Origin: Chrysomallon squamiferum
Lineage: Eukaryota > Animalia > Mollusca
Direction of reading: 5' to 3'
DNA length: 64,000 nucleotides
NCBI GenBank assembly: GCA_012295275.1
Contig: CM022670.1
Location: forward strand, 28,768,001 to 28,832,000
In this document: positions 38,026-52,500 of the stretch, piece by piece
Position numbering within the stretch: position 1 is the stretch's first letter
How the letters are laid out: each line of letters starts with the position of its first letter
Notes under the pieces: generated by a model
Databases searched by the model: none
What the model saw: the letters and a program-made list of their open reading frames with translations, nothing else
Told to the model about the DNA's origin: nothing
Position numbers and translations under genes: made by a program

Positions 38026-41000
38026 CCTGAAAGAAGACACAGGTTGTTGGCTTTATATTTTTTGAAAATGCTTGGTCAAACAACAACAACAACAACAAAA
38101 TATTTAAAAGATAATAAACAACAACATCAGTGATGTTAATATGTACTTCTCAACTCTTCTCTTCAATGTTCATTAGTTGTTGTAAGTGACAATTTCCATA
38201 TGTGATGTTCCTAAATGTCTTTTTCCTTTTCATTCAAATGTTTATTGTTTGAGATACTCAATATTAATATATCATTTATGTTGGGTGGAAGGAAGGTAAA
38301 TCGATGAAAAGACAAAGTTTTCCAGTCATCCAATAACTGATTTCAATCAGCTATTGATTTCCATTTCTTCATGTGATAACGAGGCATGACAAAATAAGGC
38401 AAGATTAATTTAGTACATTTCTGTCAACAGGATTTGTGCTTTTGTTTTTTAATTGAATTATAATTAAATACTACCTGTAAACAAAAATCATACAAATTAC
38501 TATAGGACTGAAATATGTTGTGACATGGCTAAACAGTTGTAAGGCAACATATGTAAACAGAAAAAAAAAAGTTATGATTACTGAAACGGAAAAAAACTAT
38601 AATGAACTTTAATGAATTAAGACAATATCCTTTAAAATGTTGGTTAAAAATCAGATGCTACTGATTATATTAATGGTCATAAGACATTACTAAAGGAAAT
38701 GCATTGAATCCATGTTATGAATGATGTTACTGAATTAGTTTCTTCATTATTTTTCATCACCATTCAATACTAAATAATTAAAAAAATTATAATATGTATT
38801 CATCAGATTTTTTGTTGTTGTCTAAAACATACTGTCATGAAAATGCACTATACAAAATGGCAGCTTTCATGAATATTTGCATATTTATTATGCAGTAAAA
38901 TAAAAATATATCTTCCAAAGACATAAAACAATCACTTGAAAGTACAACACAAAATTTTTCAAAAATAAATAAAACAACTGAATGGAAGAATAAAAACTTA
39001 TTTAAATTAAACTTTTTCACATCTCTAAAGGTATACTTTTAATATTTAGAATAATATACAATAAAAAGTTAATAAATATATATGGCATACTAAGGATAGT
39101 TATCTTTTGCTTGAAAGCAAGAACTGGTTCCAAGTCATCACAAAAATAATTGTATACGAATCAATACCTTTTTTACTTAAAATACTCAATAATATATACT
39201 ATACAATGGATGCAATCAAATACAAATAGCAAAAACAAAAGAATGATATACGATACTAGCAATACAAAATGTGCTGACATTTAAAATCCTCAAAACACTG
39301 AAAGTTGTACAAAGTCATTAAACATTTACATTGAGAGATTTCAGTTAGACTAACCATGTAAACTAACATGTTTCTAGTTTATTTACTAATTCTTTACACA
39401 TTCTCCACTTTCAATGATTTTTCTAAATCAGCTAAATCAGGAAAACTTCAGTTTTATCTTTGTTAGATATGCATTATTTTGTTGCATAACATAATGAGTG
39501 GTTGGGTACATGGGTAGGATCACGTGTCTTAAAAGAAAGTCTAAAATGATCTTTATGCTTAATACAACAGCTAGCATCATTCATAACATGGTATTTAGTT
39601 ATTGTGGCATAAATATGTATGTGTGTGTTGGTGAGTGCATGTATGTTTAGTCCTACATATCTTGATGACTGTATACAGTGTATTGCTTTTTAAAAAATGT
39701 ATTTCTATATTCTATCATAAAATATATATGTAAGTATCTAACCATATATTTATAACACAAAGATCAATCAAATACACAGCTTGTGTGTCTGCCCTATCAA
39801 TATTATATATATATATCATACAAAGGTGAAGTGACTTGTGATATAAACAAAATACAAAGCAAACCCAATTAAACATATTATTTAATGCAAATAACTTATA
39901 ACCAAATATAATCAAGACCAAAAGTAACTTAATCTTTATATGCCACGGATTAGATGTAATTTTTTATGCTTCATTGATTTCTGTTATTCATAAATAATTT
40001 CTGCTTAAAAATAAACCAAGATTATTAGTATAGCAATGTATTCTTGAGGTAAAAACAATGTTACTATATTGGATAACAAATAATATGTAAGACTGAAGCA
40101 CTTTATTGTTAAGGATATAAATTCAGTGAGCTCAGTTTACATAATTAAACAAAACTTTGTTTACTTTAGAAGCATTATAATACCAGTTTATAATCCTGCA
40201 TATAAGACTGCTTTTAAAAAAACCCCATCTGAAGTTGAATGTTTATTGTTTTCAACACATAATTCTGTCTGTATTAAAATGCTGCTACAATGGTTTTGTT
40301 ATTTCGCCTGGCTACAAGGACTAAGTGGATCATTACAATGGTATATGCTGACAGCAGACAACAGAAAAAAAGACAATGGTTTTATTGATTCTTTCTTATG
40401 ACAAACAAACATCAGACATTGTTTCACAGCATTAGAAAGAAATAAGTGGAACCTTTTAATCAATTGGCATACTTTGTAAAAAGACATTTAGGCAAATAGT
40501 TAAAGTAGTATATATATAAACATAATAGTAATAATAATTGATCGTTCTAATATACATTTTAATTAAAAATACTGTTATATATATATATATTTTTTTATCC
40601 AACCACATCTCCTCAATTACTGCCTTACTGTCAAATGTAAAGTATATATTTCAAAAGAATTAACATTTTGAAACACCCGTACCTGTTTATTTCATTCCCT
40701 TATTTTTCATCTTCTTAAAATCAAAATCAGACAACCTACTGCAGTAATGTCACATTACTATGTTAACTATAAAAGATATTCACATTATTAACCAACACAA
40801 GGAATCCAGAACATGAAATGATTTAAAACTCTTGACTTTGTTATGTTATGTTTATTAGTTTTATAAATATTCTTAACACAAATAGCAATAAAATATTATA
40901 GTATGGACAATCTGATACCAAGCAAATAATTATATTTTATAAGCAATGGATTAAGTATAAAACTGAGCCTCAAATATCTGGATTAATTACAGATAATTAA

Positions 41001-41385
41001 TTGGTCTGTGCTGTGCTTGAGAACTGTTTTTCAATTTGTAATATTCTTGTACATTCTTTTATACTCCTTAATCATGCTATTGTTTGCTATAAATTATTCA
41101 TATTTTAATTAGCATTGTGACTAGATGTCAATAACTAATGGTTCTTTACTTAAAATATGTAATGATGCAAAGATTATTTGATGGTAATTAGGATATTCAA
41201 TAAAAAATATATTTTTTTTTTATAAAATCAAAATGCTATGCTTAATTTACATTATTCGACATGCAATAGCTATTTTGTATCTCATTCATGTTACTCACTA
41301 TTTTTAATATGTTTTGCTTTGATAGGAAAAAATGCACACACACACATATATATATGAGAATTAATTAAATAGTTAAATAGTTTTA

Positions 41386-41424
<39 letters not shown>

Positions 41425-41941
41425 CTTGCTTTAGTTAATGGTTAATGTAATGATATATAATTCATTTAAAACACTACAGTGGAAAGCCAAACGATTCTGA
41501 GGCCCAACTAAGTGAACAAATAAATCAGGCACGCTGAATAACATATTTCTATTATGAACGTATTATTAAATTCTGTGAAGCCCAATCTAACCCTCCAGCC
41601 TTTACATGACAGGAGGGGGAAATCACCACCACCTGCTGAAAATTAGATGCACATTCAAATATTGTACAAAATAATTAAATACTATTTCGAGGTTTTGTGA
41701 GATGGTTATATCATATAATTTATTTTTCTTTATAAACTTATTGTCAGCCAACAAAAGAAAACTAGTTTGTATAGCAAAATAAACATTTGTTAGTTACTGT
41801 CGGGCTAACGGTACGAACATCACTAATCATTTCCAAAAAATAAACAAAACTCTACACAACCATGAATCGATCATTACTGCATGACGACAACAAAATTAAT
41901 TGTTTTTAAACTAATATTTGATGGTATAAACAGTAACGTAC

Positions 41942-42130
41942 CTCGGAAGTTAGAAACGAAACAAGTTCTGATCTGTTCATATCCAAAGAATATATTCTTC
42001 AATAAATCCGAAGTCCCGATCGGACATGTTGTAAACTATCATGGTTGCCGACCATGTGATTTACCAACTAGCCAATGAAACGTCAAAGCACAGGATAACT
42101 ATATTCACATGATCTAAATATGGCGAATGT
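41942..42130 (-). promoter_or_regulatory. Putative AGBL5 promoter and non-coding first exon
   Basis: CpG-enriched patch with a minus-strand donor GAG|GTACGT at 41942/41941, CCAAT at ~42072 and a YY1-like AAATATGGCG at ~42116. The AGBL5 ATG lies 1 nt after an acceptor, so an upstream UTR exon is required. Confidence 0.5.
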
Positions 42131-42197
42131 CGTATCAACTTAAAATGCTATTACCGAAATGTTACTATAAAAAGTATTTTTGTTTAGATGTATTTGG

Positions 42198-42199
<2 letters not shown>

Positions 42200-42256
<57 letters not shown>
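42200..42256. repeat. (GA)n microsatellite
   Basis: About 28 AG units between the TTC33 3' end and the putative AGBL5 promoter. Confidence 0.97.
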
Positions 42257-42258
<2 letters not shown>

Positions 42259-42606
42259 TAATCAATAATAATAAAACAACAGCAATAATAATAATAATAA
42301 TAAAGAAAAAGAGGAGCATCAGATGCTGAAGTGGAATAGATTCAATAAAAAAATTACTCTTGTAAATATGACTGCTTATTCTGAAATATTTTTATCTTTG
42401 TAGGATATTTATCTTGTAATTAGCTTTAATTTTCAAAACTGAATTTTACATTTGTTACTAATTTTAACAACTGTGAGAGGCTAAAAATGCACATTCATAA
42501 AAACAACAACAATAAAAAAACATCATATAATAACTTAAACATACTTTTATTATTCACAGCTTTAAACCAATCTCTAAAAACTCAAAAATATTAATCTCTG
42601 ACAGCT

Positions 42607-44204
42607 TTACTTTCTCATTTTAACATAATTTCCTGGTATGGAAGTCACAACATTCGACTTCATTTTTGTTTTATGTTTACTTTGTTCTGTCATAACACAT
42701 ATTTGTTGTGTTGTATCGTCAACATTTTCACCAATCTCAGTAATGGTGATGCTGTTGCTGCTAGATACATTTTCTTTGCTTTTATCAGAGGCCTTGTTGG
42801 TACTCTGGTTCAGTATGGACACTGCCCACGTAAAATCTTCTTCCCATAACTCTTTGTCAGACGGATTGAGGTGAACTGCTGTGGACAAACTCCGAACTGC
42901 CTGTTGAAAGAAACTTTTCTTAAATTACTGGTTAAGATAATAAATCTGAAAAAAAAACAAAGGTTCAGGTATCATGAGTCAGTGTTTTCTGCCCACAACA
43001 GTGTTAGTGTTACTATTTCTAGATGGTCCAGTATTACATCTAATCGTTTATTCACAGTTCACCTAAGTCAACAGAAATGTGAAGGAAATGAATAAATAAT
43101 CTAAACACATTTTTATCATAATGGTAATTGATCAAAAATAAATAACTAGCAGAAATAATACTTATCACTATAATATATTTTCAGTAAAGTTAAGTATATG
43201 AAATAATAATAAGTATTCATATTAAACCACATATTATTTTCTGTGACAATTAAAAAAATCGTACAATTTAATTATTAACTATATATATATATTTATTTAA
43301 AAGAACTTCAGTGAGTTTATTATGATTATTTTGTACTTACTAGTTTAACTTCACCTAAACTAAGTTGGGCTCGACCCAAAGTTTGGTGGGCCACCCACCA
43401 TTGTGGATTTAACTCCACTGCCTTTCTGGCCATCTGTACAGCTGGAAAGAGTTCATCCAGGATCAGCAGAGCCTGAACAATAGAATACAGTATGTTGATT
43501 AAAAAGATGATTAAATATAATAATAACAAAAAGTTTAAAAAGACTACTGTAAATTTACAGTGGACTATTTTGTGTTGCATTTTATTTAATTTTTTAAATT
43601 ATTATTAGTTTGTTTTTACCTGTGCTTTCATTTCATAGAGTTTCTCATCTTTTGGCACCAGTTGCAATGCCTCATCCCACTTTTTGATAGCTTCCCAAAA
43701 CCTAAAAATAAAATGTTTAAATCATATACATATTATAAACATACTTGATATAAAAGTAATCTAATTATGAAGATTAAGTAGTGTTTATAATTTTTAATTT
43801 TTTTCCATTATAATTGTTATATCGGCTTACCAAATTTTCATTAAAAAATAAATAAATTCAATAAATATTTTAAGTACATTAAGATAGTTATAACTTATAA
43901 AAAGGACAGCATAACAGATTTAATTTTCTGGCAATATTGCTTTAATAATGTATGACTAAATTTGGGAATACTTCATAGAAAATAACCTTTCTGCCTGAGC
44001 TAAAATAGATCCTTCTTTTTTTAATCTTTCACTTTTTCCAACAGCATCTTCTAAAGAAATTACAGATTTCTTTCTTGGTGCCATGGCAATCCAATCAATT
44101 TCATCATCAAGCACGTTATCATCCTTTGTATCATTTTCAAAAGCTGCTGCTGCGATCTTGGAGATCTTTTCTCCCGTTTTCTTCCTCCATCCAAACGAAG
44201 TCAT
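42607..44204 (-). CDS. TTC33: Tetratricopeptide repeat protein 33, 4 coding exons, 241 aa
   Basis: Exons 44204-43987, 43701-43620, 43472-43341, 42900-42607 (726 nt). MTSFGWRKKTGEKISK...EAIKKWDEALQL...LYEMKAQ...ELFPAVQMARKAVELNPQWWVAHQTLGRAQLSLGEV...LWEEDFTWA matches TTC33. Confidence 0.92.
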
Positions 44205-44699
44205 TTTGTTCAATCATCCATCATCTAAAAAATTCAGTCTCCAGTATAATTTTATATATTTCAGTGTTACTGTTTTAATTATGGCATTTAAATTATAACG
44301 TTAGTAAAATAAATTAATATGTATCTCCTAGATTTTGTGACTTTTTAGACATTCTAAAAGAAAACGAAGTATGTTATTTTATTACTGTTAGCACCGATTT
44401 CAGAAAAGATTTCTTATTAGTATCAGATGATATTTTGTTAAAATATATGCAATTTATATTACCTGAAAAGCTACGACTCCTTATCACGATCAATTAAATG
44501 TTTAAAACAATTAGAAATTAGAATAAATATAATTTATAAGTAACAGACTTAAATACTAAAATAGTTAAGACCAAAGACACTTTAATTTCATAAGACACAC
44601 AGGTAAATTATGCTTTTTTTCATTTTTCATTTCAGTATAGTTCATGAAAAGTTATTTATCTATGTTATTAAAATTCAACTGGACGATTATTTACATGTA

Positions 44700-45049
44700 A
44701 ACAATACAAAAAGAAAATGAAAAATCTACTTTCACTTTTCGACAACATCCTGTCGATATTTATATTTCAGTTTCATTCATTGGTTGTTTTATTAATTCTA
44801 TTTGCGTTTATCATTGGCTCATAACATATAACCTCGATTACAATAATTAATTACTTCGTGCAATTCCCTTGTTAAATGGAATATATCTGAAAATATTTTG
44901 TAGCGACAAACAGAAATTAATAAAATATTAATTAACATGCATTAAAAATACTATTTGCTAACTGACATTAATGTATATAATTATTTAAAATAATATAACT
45001 AATGGCACAAGAAAATGATTATAACAACAGTGAAGATCGAGACAAACCG
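44700..45049. promoter_or_regulatory. Bidirectional TTC33/PIF1 promoter region with putative PIF1 first exon
   Basis: Two ATTGG (inverted CCAAT) boxes 33 bp apart at ~44780 and ~44813, local CpG enrichment, a plus-strand donor CCG|GTGCGT at 45049 and a minus-strand donor CAG|GTAATA at 44463. Confidence 0.55.
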
Positions 45050-45518
45050 GTGCGTTTAAATGCATTTAATGTTTATAAACAAATGATTTGGTTGGTTCAT
45101 ATTTATTTTATGTACACATCTGCTATTCAGCCTATTGGTATTTATGAGTGATTCTTAAGCATTTTTAAATGCATGTTTTGTATTCGTACTACTATGCATG
45201 AAATAATTATATATTATTATTAGTTTGGGAGCAGAGTTCAATGTTCCTTTGATCTGTGTTACACTTACAGTGTTAGTGTCACAACTTAAACGATCATACC
45301 TTTCGAAGGTGTTACTCTTATTCAGTTATTGTGTATAAATAATATAAATATAAATATAATTTAAATAATATAAATATTAGAAATAAAAAACTAAGTGTAG
45401 TAAAAATGTATTACTATTAGTTTTTACATTAAAGATAAATGAATGTGTATTTGTTATTGTTTCATATGATATATATATATATATTTTTCAGTGACATATT
45501 TTAACACTAAAAATTAAA

Positions 45519-46549
45519 ATGGCATTGATTTCTGGAGAACTGACATGCACTGTTACCATAGAGGAACTACATGCTACTGGCGAAGTGGTAAAAAAGACCC
45601 AACATCGCAGTTTGACTCTTTCTCTTGGTCGTGACAGTTTCTCTGATATGATCCTAAGAGTTTGTCACAGTAAAAAAACTGATAAATACTCACTGAAAGA
45701 GGTTCTTATTCACAAGAAATTTGTCAAGGAAGGCAAAGCAACAATAAAACTACCAGATCACAGAATTCAGTTTCTGCTTTGCAACTGTCCCCCAGACAAG
45801 TTGATTGTTTTTCTAAAAACTCTGAGCACAAAACTCGAATGTCTCAGACATAAAGGTTTTACCAGCATGAGAAAAAAACTTCTGTCTGACATTCCAATTA
45901 TTTTTCAAGAAATCAGCCCACTCACAGTAAAAGATTTGCAAATGGCCCAATCTTCAAAGGGAAAACAAGCAGAAAATAAAATCCTAGTTCCCACTTCAAG
46001 AGGAGGAATGAAAAGAAAAAGAACTTTTGACTCTGAAACTTCAACAAATCAGAATTCTCTACAGTCTTCCATTTTGTCTAAGAGATCAAAAAGTGAAAGT
46101 TCTCAGAACATTAATACAGCTCTCACAGTTTTAAATAAAGATCAGAATATTGTTCTGGAAGCTGTACTGAGAAGAAAAAATGTCTTCTTTACAGGAAGTG
46201 CTGGTACTGGAAAGACATTTCTCATGAAAAGAATAATTGGTAAGAATTCTACTTGATAGTACTGTGAACAAAATATATCACATAAAATTTATAACAAATA
46301 AGGATAAAGGGGACTTGTATAGAACGAACTGATAAATATGTTAATTAATATGTCAGCATTTTTATAAATTTAATTTATTTTGCTGTGTTTAGATAACGTG
46401 CAGTGTCTTCACTTAAACTGTTTTTAAGTTGACTAAATCACTAATATTAAAGAACTGTTATTATCATGTTTACCTATAAAAGCTGTGTTGAAGAGATAGA
46501 AAAATATATTTATAATTTTTTTTTTCAGTTTTTTAATTTGAATATACAG

Positions 46550-46583
<34 letters not shown>

Positions 46584-49500
46584 ATTTAAAACTGATTTCA
46601 TGTTACACTTAGGTGCATTGCCCCCACAACATACATTTGCTACAGCCAGCACTGGAGTTGCAGCCTGTCAGATAGGGGGAACAACTCTGCATGCATTTGC
46701 AGGTTTGTATGTAAACAAATTCACAAGACTGATTTAATTAAATAATCAGTAAATGTTGTTTTAAAGTTTGATTTAAAAAATATAAAATCTCTGAAACTAT
46801 AAAATATTTTCCTAAAATCAAGTTTCAATATTTATTTTCTATATACAAATGTATAAAATAATTTTCGTTGTTATTATATATATATATGTACTCTCCCAAA
46901 AAAGAAATGCAAAATGGTTGATTTCTTAGATAACTGTTGTATACTGACACATATTGAATATAATGACAATTGGTGATTCAAATGTATAGCTTTTGTTTCA
47001 GTCGCCAAAAAGCAGGTAACACAAAATAAAGGCTATGATCATGTTTATTAGCCAAAACGTTCCCGCATGCAAACCACGTTACCAGTGCATATGCACGTGG
47101 GGCACATGAAACTTGAATATGAGGGTTATAAAAATGCAAGGTTTTTGAATGCTTCTGTTCGTTATTTTTGTTCTGACCCAACATCAAACAAATGCCACGA
47201 CTGAGTGAACCGCAACGAAACAACATCAGTGACTGTTTACAAGCTGGCGAATCCTTCTCGGCTGTAGCCCTGGTGTTCCACGTATCCCCAAGCACCATCT
47301 TGAGAACGTGGTATTAGATCCAGCAACACCAAACAACATGTGACCGTCCCAGATCAGGTAGACCATGTGTAAACCACCAGGGCCCAGTACTGCTACATAC
47401 GGGTACTTCATCTACGGGAAAGAACCAGCAAGCAACCGCTACTGCATAGAATATCGGCTCAGACAGTGTGTAATCGTTTACACGAGTCACGTATTTGAGC
47501 CAGATGGCCTGTAAGAAGAGTGTTTTTGACTCCATAACATCATCGACTACGACATCAGTGGTTTCAAGTGCACAGAGTCGTGTCTCAATTATGATGGAGA
47601 ACTGTCTGGTTTAGTGACGAGGCTGGATTTCTGCTTCGTCGAGCTGATGGAAGATGTTGAGTTTACACATGTCGTGGTGAATGTTTTGCTGCAAACTGCA
47701 TACAGGAAGTGGACAGATTTGGTGGTGGTGGTGTGGGCAGCAATCTCATACACTTGCAGGACCAACCTGGTTCACATCCAAGGCAACTTAACAGCACAGA
47801 GACACCAAGATGAAATTTTGCAGCCACATGTCGTTCCAATTATGAATAATGGTAACACTGTATTCCAGCATGACAATGCGAGACCACATACAGCCACACT
47901 CACAATAGCGTACCTATACAACAATAACATTCAGGTCCAGCCCTGGCCCTCTAAATCTCTGGTTTTGAACCCTATAGAGCATTTATGGGATGAGTTGGAT
48001 AGACGACTGAGGCAGCATCAACCACAGCCACAGAATCGTGCTCAGTTGGCATTATTACTACAGACAGTGTGGGCCACCATTCCACAAGGTATAATTCGTA
48101 ATGTCATTACGGCCATGGGAAGAAGATGTCAGGTAGGTCTGGACTCCCATGGTGGGCACACAAGGAATTGATGTTACACTGTTATAACCTTGAACTTTAA
48201 CCTTTTCAATGTAATACCATCAATATTAATGAATTGCGAAAGTGTGGATAAAATCTGAACATTCTGCTGCTTTCTGTTGATCTATTAGATGGATATTCCC
48301 AATGTCAACCAAATGTACTTTTGCGTTTCTTTTTTATTAGAGTATATTTTTTTTAAATGCTGTTGTTAATACTTTATTTTAAAAAAGTATCTGAACCTTT
48401 AAATATTTTCCTAAAAACAAAGTATGAAAGTTTATTTCCAATATAAGTTATGTAAGATAATTTTCGTTGTCATATATATATATATATATATATTTTTTTT
48501 TTTTCCAGGTTTGGGCTCTGGACAGGCTCCACTACAACAATGCATTGAACTGGCTTCTCGACCCCAGATTGCTCAACAGTGGAAGAAATGTCAGCATCTT
48601 ATCATTGATGAGATCTCAATGGTTGATGGAGACTTTTTCGATAAGCTTGAAACGGTGGCCAGGTAGGTTTTAATGTTAATCTGTCATTTAATTCTAGCTA
48701 AAAAGAAATATATTATTGTTCAAAACAATTGTATTTTTTCCCACAGTTATTTTTATATCTGTTATTTAGTTCAAGTTATAAAGATATGTGAAAATGCTTT
48801 CATTCATCATAATTATATTAAATAAAAGTAATAACAAAAATATTATCTGAATTATTGATGAAATGCCAAACAACTAAACACCCATAAGATGTATTCCTTG
48901 TGCACCAGTTCTGCATGTTTTCTATCACTAACAAGATAACAATGAATTAATATTTCTGTTTGTAGAGTTGTTCGTCAGAATGATGAGCCATTTGGAGGGA
49001 TTCACCTCATTGTGTGTGGTGATTTCCTCCAGTTACCCCCGGTTACAAAAGATGACAAAAAACGCAAATTTTGCTTTCAGGTAGACAGTTCTTTATTGAT
49101 AACATCATTGACATATTCTAAATAAGTTTATTTATTTATTTATTTATTTTCTGAACCAAAGAATTTTCCTTCATTTTAAATTGATACTATATGTAATCTG
49201 TCAGCATTTGGTTTCCTCTGCAATATATTCATTATAAAATCAAAAGTCTGAGACATAATGACAATTTATATAAAATAATTTTAAATATTCATTCTTCCTA
49301 TTGTTTCTTTACCCCACTGCTTCATTACTGGTTTATGAAAGATCCCTAATTTAAATAAAAGTAGCCTATTATACAGTTACAGTGGGTTTCATATAACATA
49401 AAATACATGGTCATTATTCACATGAATGGTTCTCTATATTGTTAAACTTAAATAAAACATTTCTTCCTTCCATTCATTTGTTTGTTTTTTCAGAGTCGAG

Positions 49501-52500
49501 CTTGGCAGAAGTCTATTCATATCAACCTGGAGTTGAAGGAGGTCAGAAGACAATCAGATAAAAAGTTTATAGAAATTTTACAAAATATTCGACATGGAAG
49601 GTGAGGTTTCATTGACTATTTTTTCTCCATAACCTAACTGTTAATTGTATTATCATTATGTGATTAATGCAATAGTTGTGACAGAGAATTATAATTTATT
49701 TGTTTAAAGGGTTAATTGAACCAGAAGGATATATAATATATATAATAATGTGCATTGTTAATTATGAAATTAGATTTGTATTTTTATATTATCACTTTCA
49801 ATCTGATCCACCAAAATAATTAAAGACTGAATAAACGATTCAGAAAAAACATGTCTGTTTATTTATCATATATATATTTATCTGTCTGTAAATACCACAG
49901 TCAAATCAGCTATTATGTCTATCTGTCTGTCTAAGGCACTGTGAGGATTTTACTTAGCAACACAGAAAAACGACAATGGACAGACAGCACTAAAAATATT
50001 GTTTATTTAAGAGATGTTCTCATGTCCACATATCCGTATGTACGTAGGTGTCCAGATAATGTTGTAGCGACACTGAAGGGAACGGCTAAAAATGTGATTC
50101 ACAAAGATGGTATCCAGGCAACAAGACTGTGCACTCATAAAGAGGATGTGGAAGAAATAAACAAACATCATCTGCAGAAACTGACTGGTAAAATTTTAAT
50201 TTTATTTTCTTCTTTACAGTTTTTTCTCATCATAATTTTTTTTTAGTTCTAACAAAGGTAAAAATTGTAGCTTACTATTAATAATATTTATTTCAATTCT
50301 TTTCTTAACCTGCTATCTTGAAGGATATATAAATTTTATCTGTGCAGTATTAAATGTCAGTTTATTCATAAATACAGGTTCTAAAATTATCATATTTAAT
50401 GTTTTAAACCAAACTTTTTAAAGTTGAATGCTGACTCGTTATATTCTTAAAGCCATTCAGCAATTTGTCATCTTGGCAATTAAAGAGACACTTGCAGCCA
50501 TTAAATGATACATTTTAAAAATGTTAATAGATTATTAACTTTTATATGCATTGCTGATAACATGAACAAAATTAAAACCTATTGTGGTTAAGTTCAAATT
50601 AAATATGTCATTCATACATATTAGATTAACAAAGAAAATGTAAATTTAATTCATTTAAATATTTATATTAATGAATTTTTTTTTTTAAATTAAAAAGTGC
50701 ATAAATATATTCAATCCTTCATTCATTTATTTAAAATCTTCCAGGTGAAATTCACACTTTTGTTGCTACAGACTCAGATACGGTCTACACAAAACAACTT
50801 GATAACCTGTGTCCGGTCAAAGGTCGCATTGTTTTGAAAAAAGGAGCACAAGTAAGTTCATAATTTATTTTGCAAATCTGGTATCTTTTATGTGTTTATT
50901 TATTTATTATTATTGTTATTGTTGTTGTTATTGCTGTTGTTCTTGTTGCTGTCGTTGTTGTTGTTTGTTGCTGTTGTTATATATGATATTTTTTTTTTTG
51001 TGATTATTTTCATCAGTTACTTAATTTTTGGTTCTCTGTACTATATTGTTTATTTTTATCTTAAGTTTTCCTATTAAAAAGTTTATCATGTAATCCATCT
51101 CTTGATCTCAGTGCCATTTTTTTAACCTTTGAATAACAAAAACATTTTGTTTCCTTCTTACTTTTTGTGCCTGTTTAGCAGTTAACCAGTCAAATTTGTT
51201 TTATTTTTTCTTAATGTTATATATATACTTAATTTTCATCTTAGAATGATATTATATATTATCAATCTACTTTCCTTCAGTTGAACATAAAGTGACAGTC
51301 ATGTGTCAAATGTTTTTGAAAATTTAAATATAAAGTGGTACCTCAACTTACGAGTGCCTGAACTTAGTAGATTTCAGAGTTATGAGCAGCTGTTTGGTCA
51401 ATTTTGTGCTTTGAGTTGCAAGCCAAAATCTGAGTTATGAGCCAGCTTCAGATACACTGCTGCTTGTTGGTGCAATGAACACAAGAACATCTGGCCAGCA
51501 TCCCGCATCTCACTCGTTTACTTCACGTGGTTACCTGGCCATGGAACAGCTCTGTTGTGTTGTATTCATGTTTTTTGTAGTATTTTGCTAAATGTCTTTT
51601 TACTGACCGTGGATCTTAAGAAATTGAGTGCAAAGCACAGAGCTGAGAACAAGAAGTGGATGATGTCCATTGAATTAAAGCATGAAATCATAGAAAAATG
51701 TGACCGAGGTGTGCATGTAGCAGAAGGAGTCAATAAAGGCTGTAACTCCAGCATTAAAATAATTTGTCTGATCTCCAAGATAAATACACTTTACAAAACC
51801 AATTTGTTTCTTTATTTTGTTTTTATACAATATTTGGTATTTATGATAACATTTTTCTTATTTAAAAACACATTACATAATATAAAAAAATGGGTTGTTT
51901 TTAGGGTGCTGTAACAGATTAATGGTATTTAAGTTAAATTCAGTTGGGAAAATTGATTTGATATATGAATAAATTAAGTTACAAGCTCAATCATGGAATG
52001 AATTAAAATCATAAGTCAAGGTACCACTGTAATTTATCATTTAATAATTTTACTATGCTGAACAATATCTTGACAATAAGAGGAAAATTAATGGAAGTCT
52101 CTAACCAGCACTTTTTAATTTCTTTTACTAACTGTATTACTTTGCTATCTGAAACAGTAAAACCAGAATTTAGAAGTATATACTGCAGCAACAGTTATTT
52201 ATTTATAACACTATGTTTGGATCTTTAGGTGATATTAGCTAAAAACCTGGATGTTCAGAAGGGTTTGGTGAATGGAGCCAGAGGAGTGGTTACAGGATTT
52301 GAACTAGGCAATGAAGGTTTGAAAAATACAGCAGAAAATATTATTTTATAATTTAATATTCTTTAAAAAAATATATACGGCACTTTCAGAAAGAATATTT
52401 TTTCCTTCTTGGTTAATTATTATCAAAACATAATTGTAAATATATTTTATTAACTGAAGCAGTTTTCATATTTTGTTTTTCAGAAAATTACTTTTATGTG

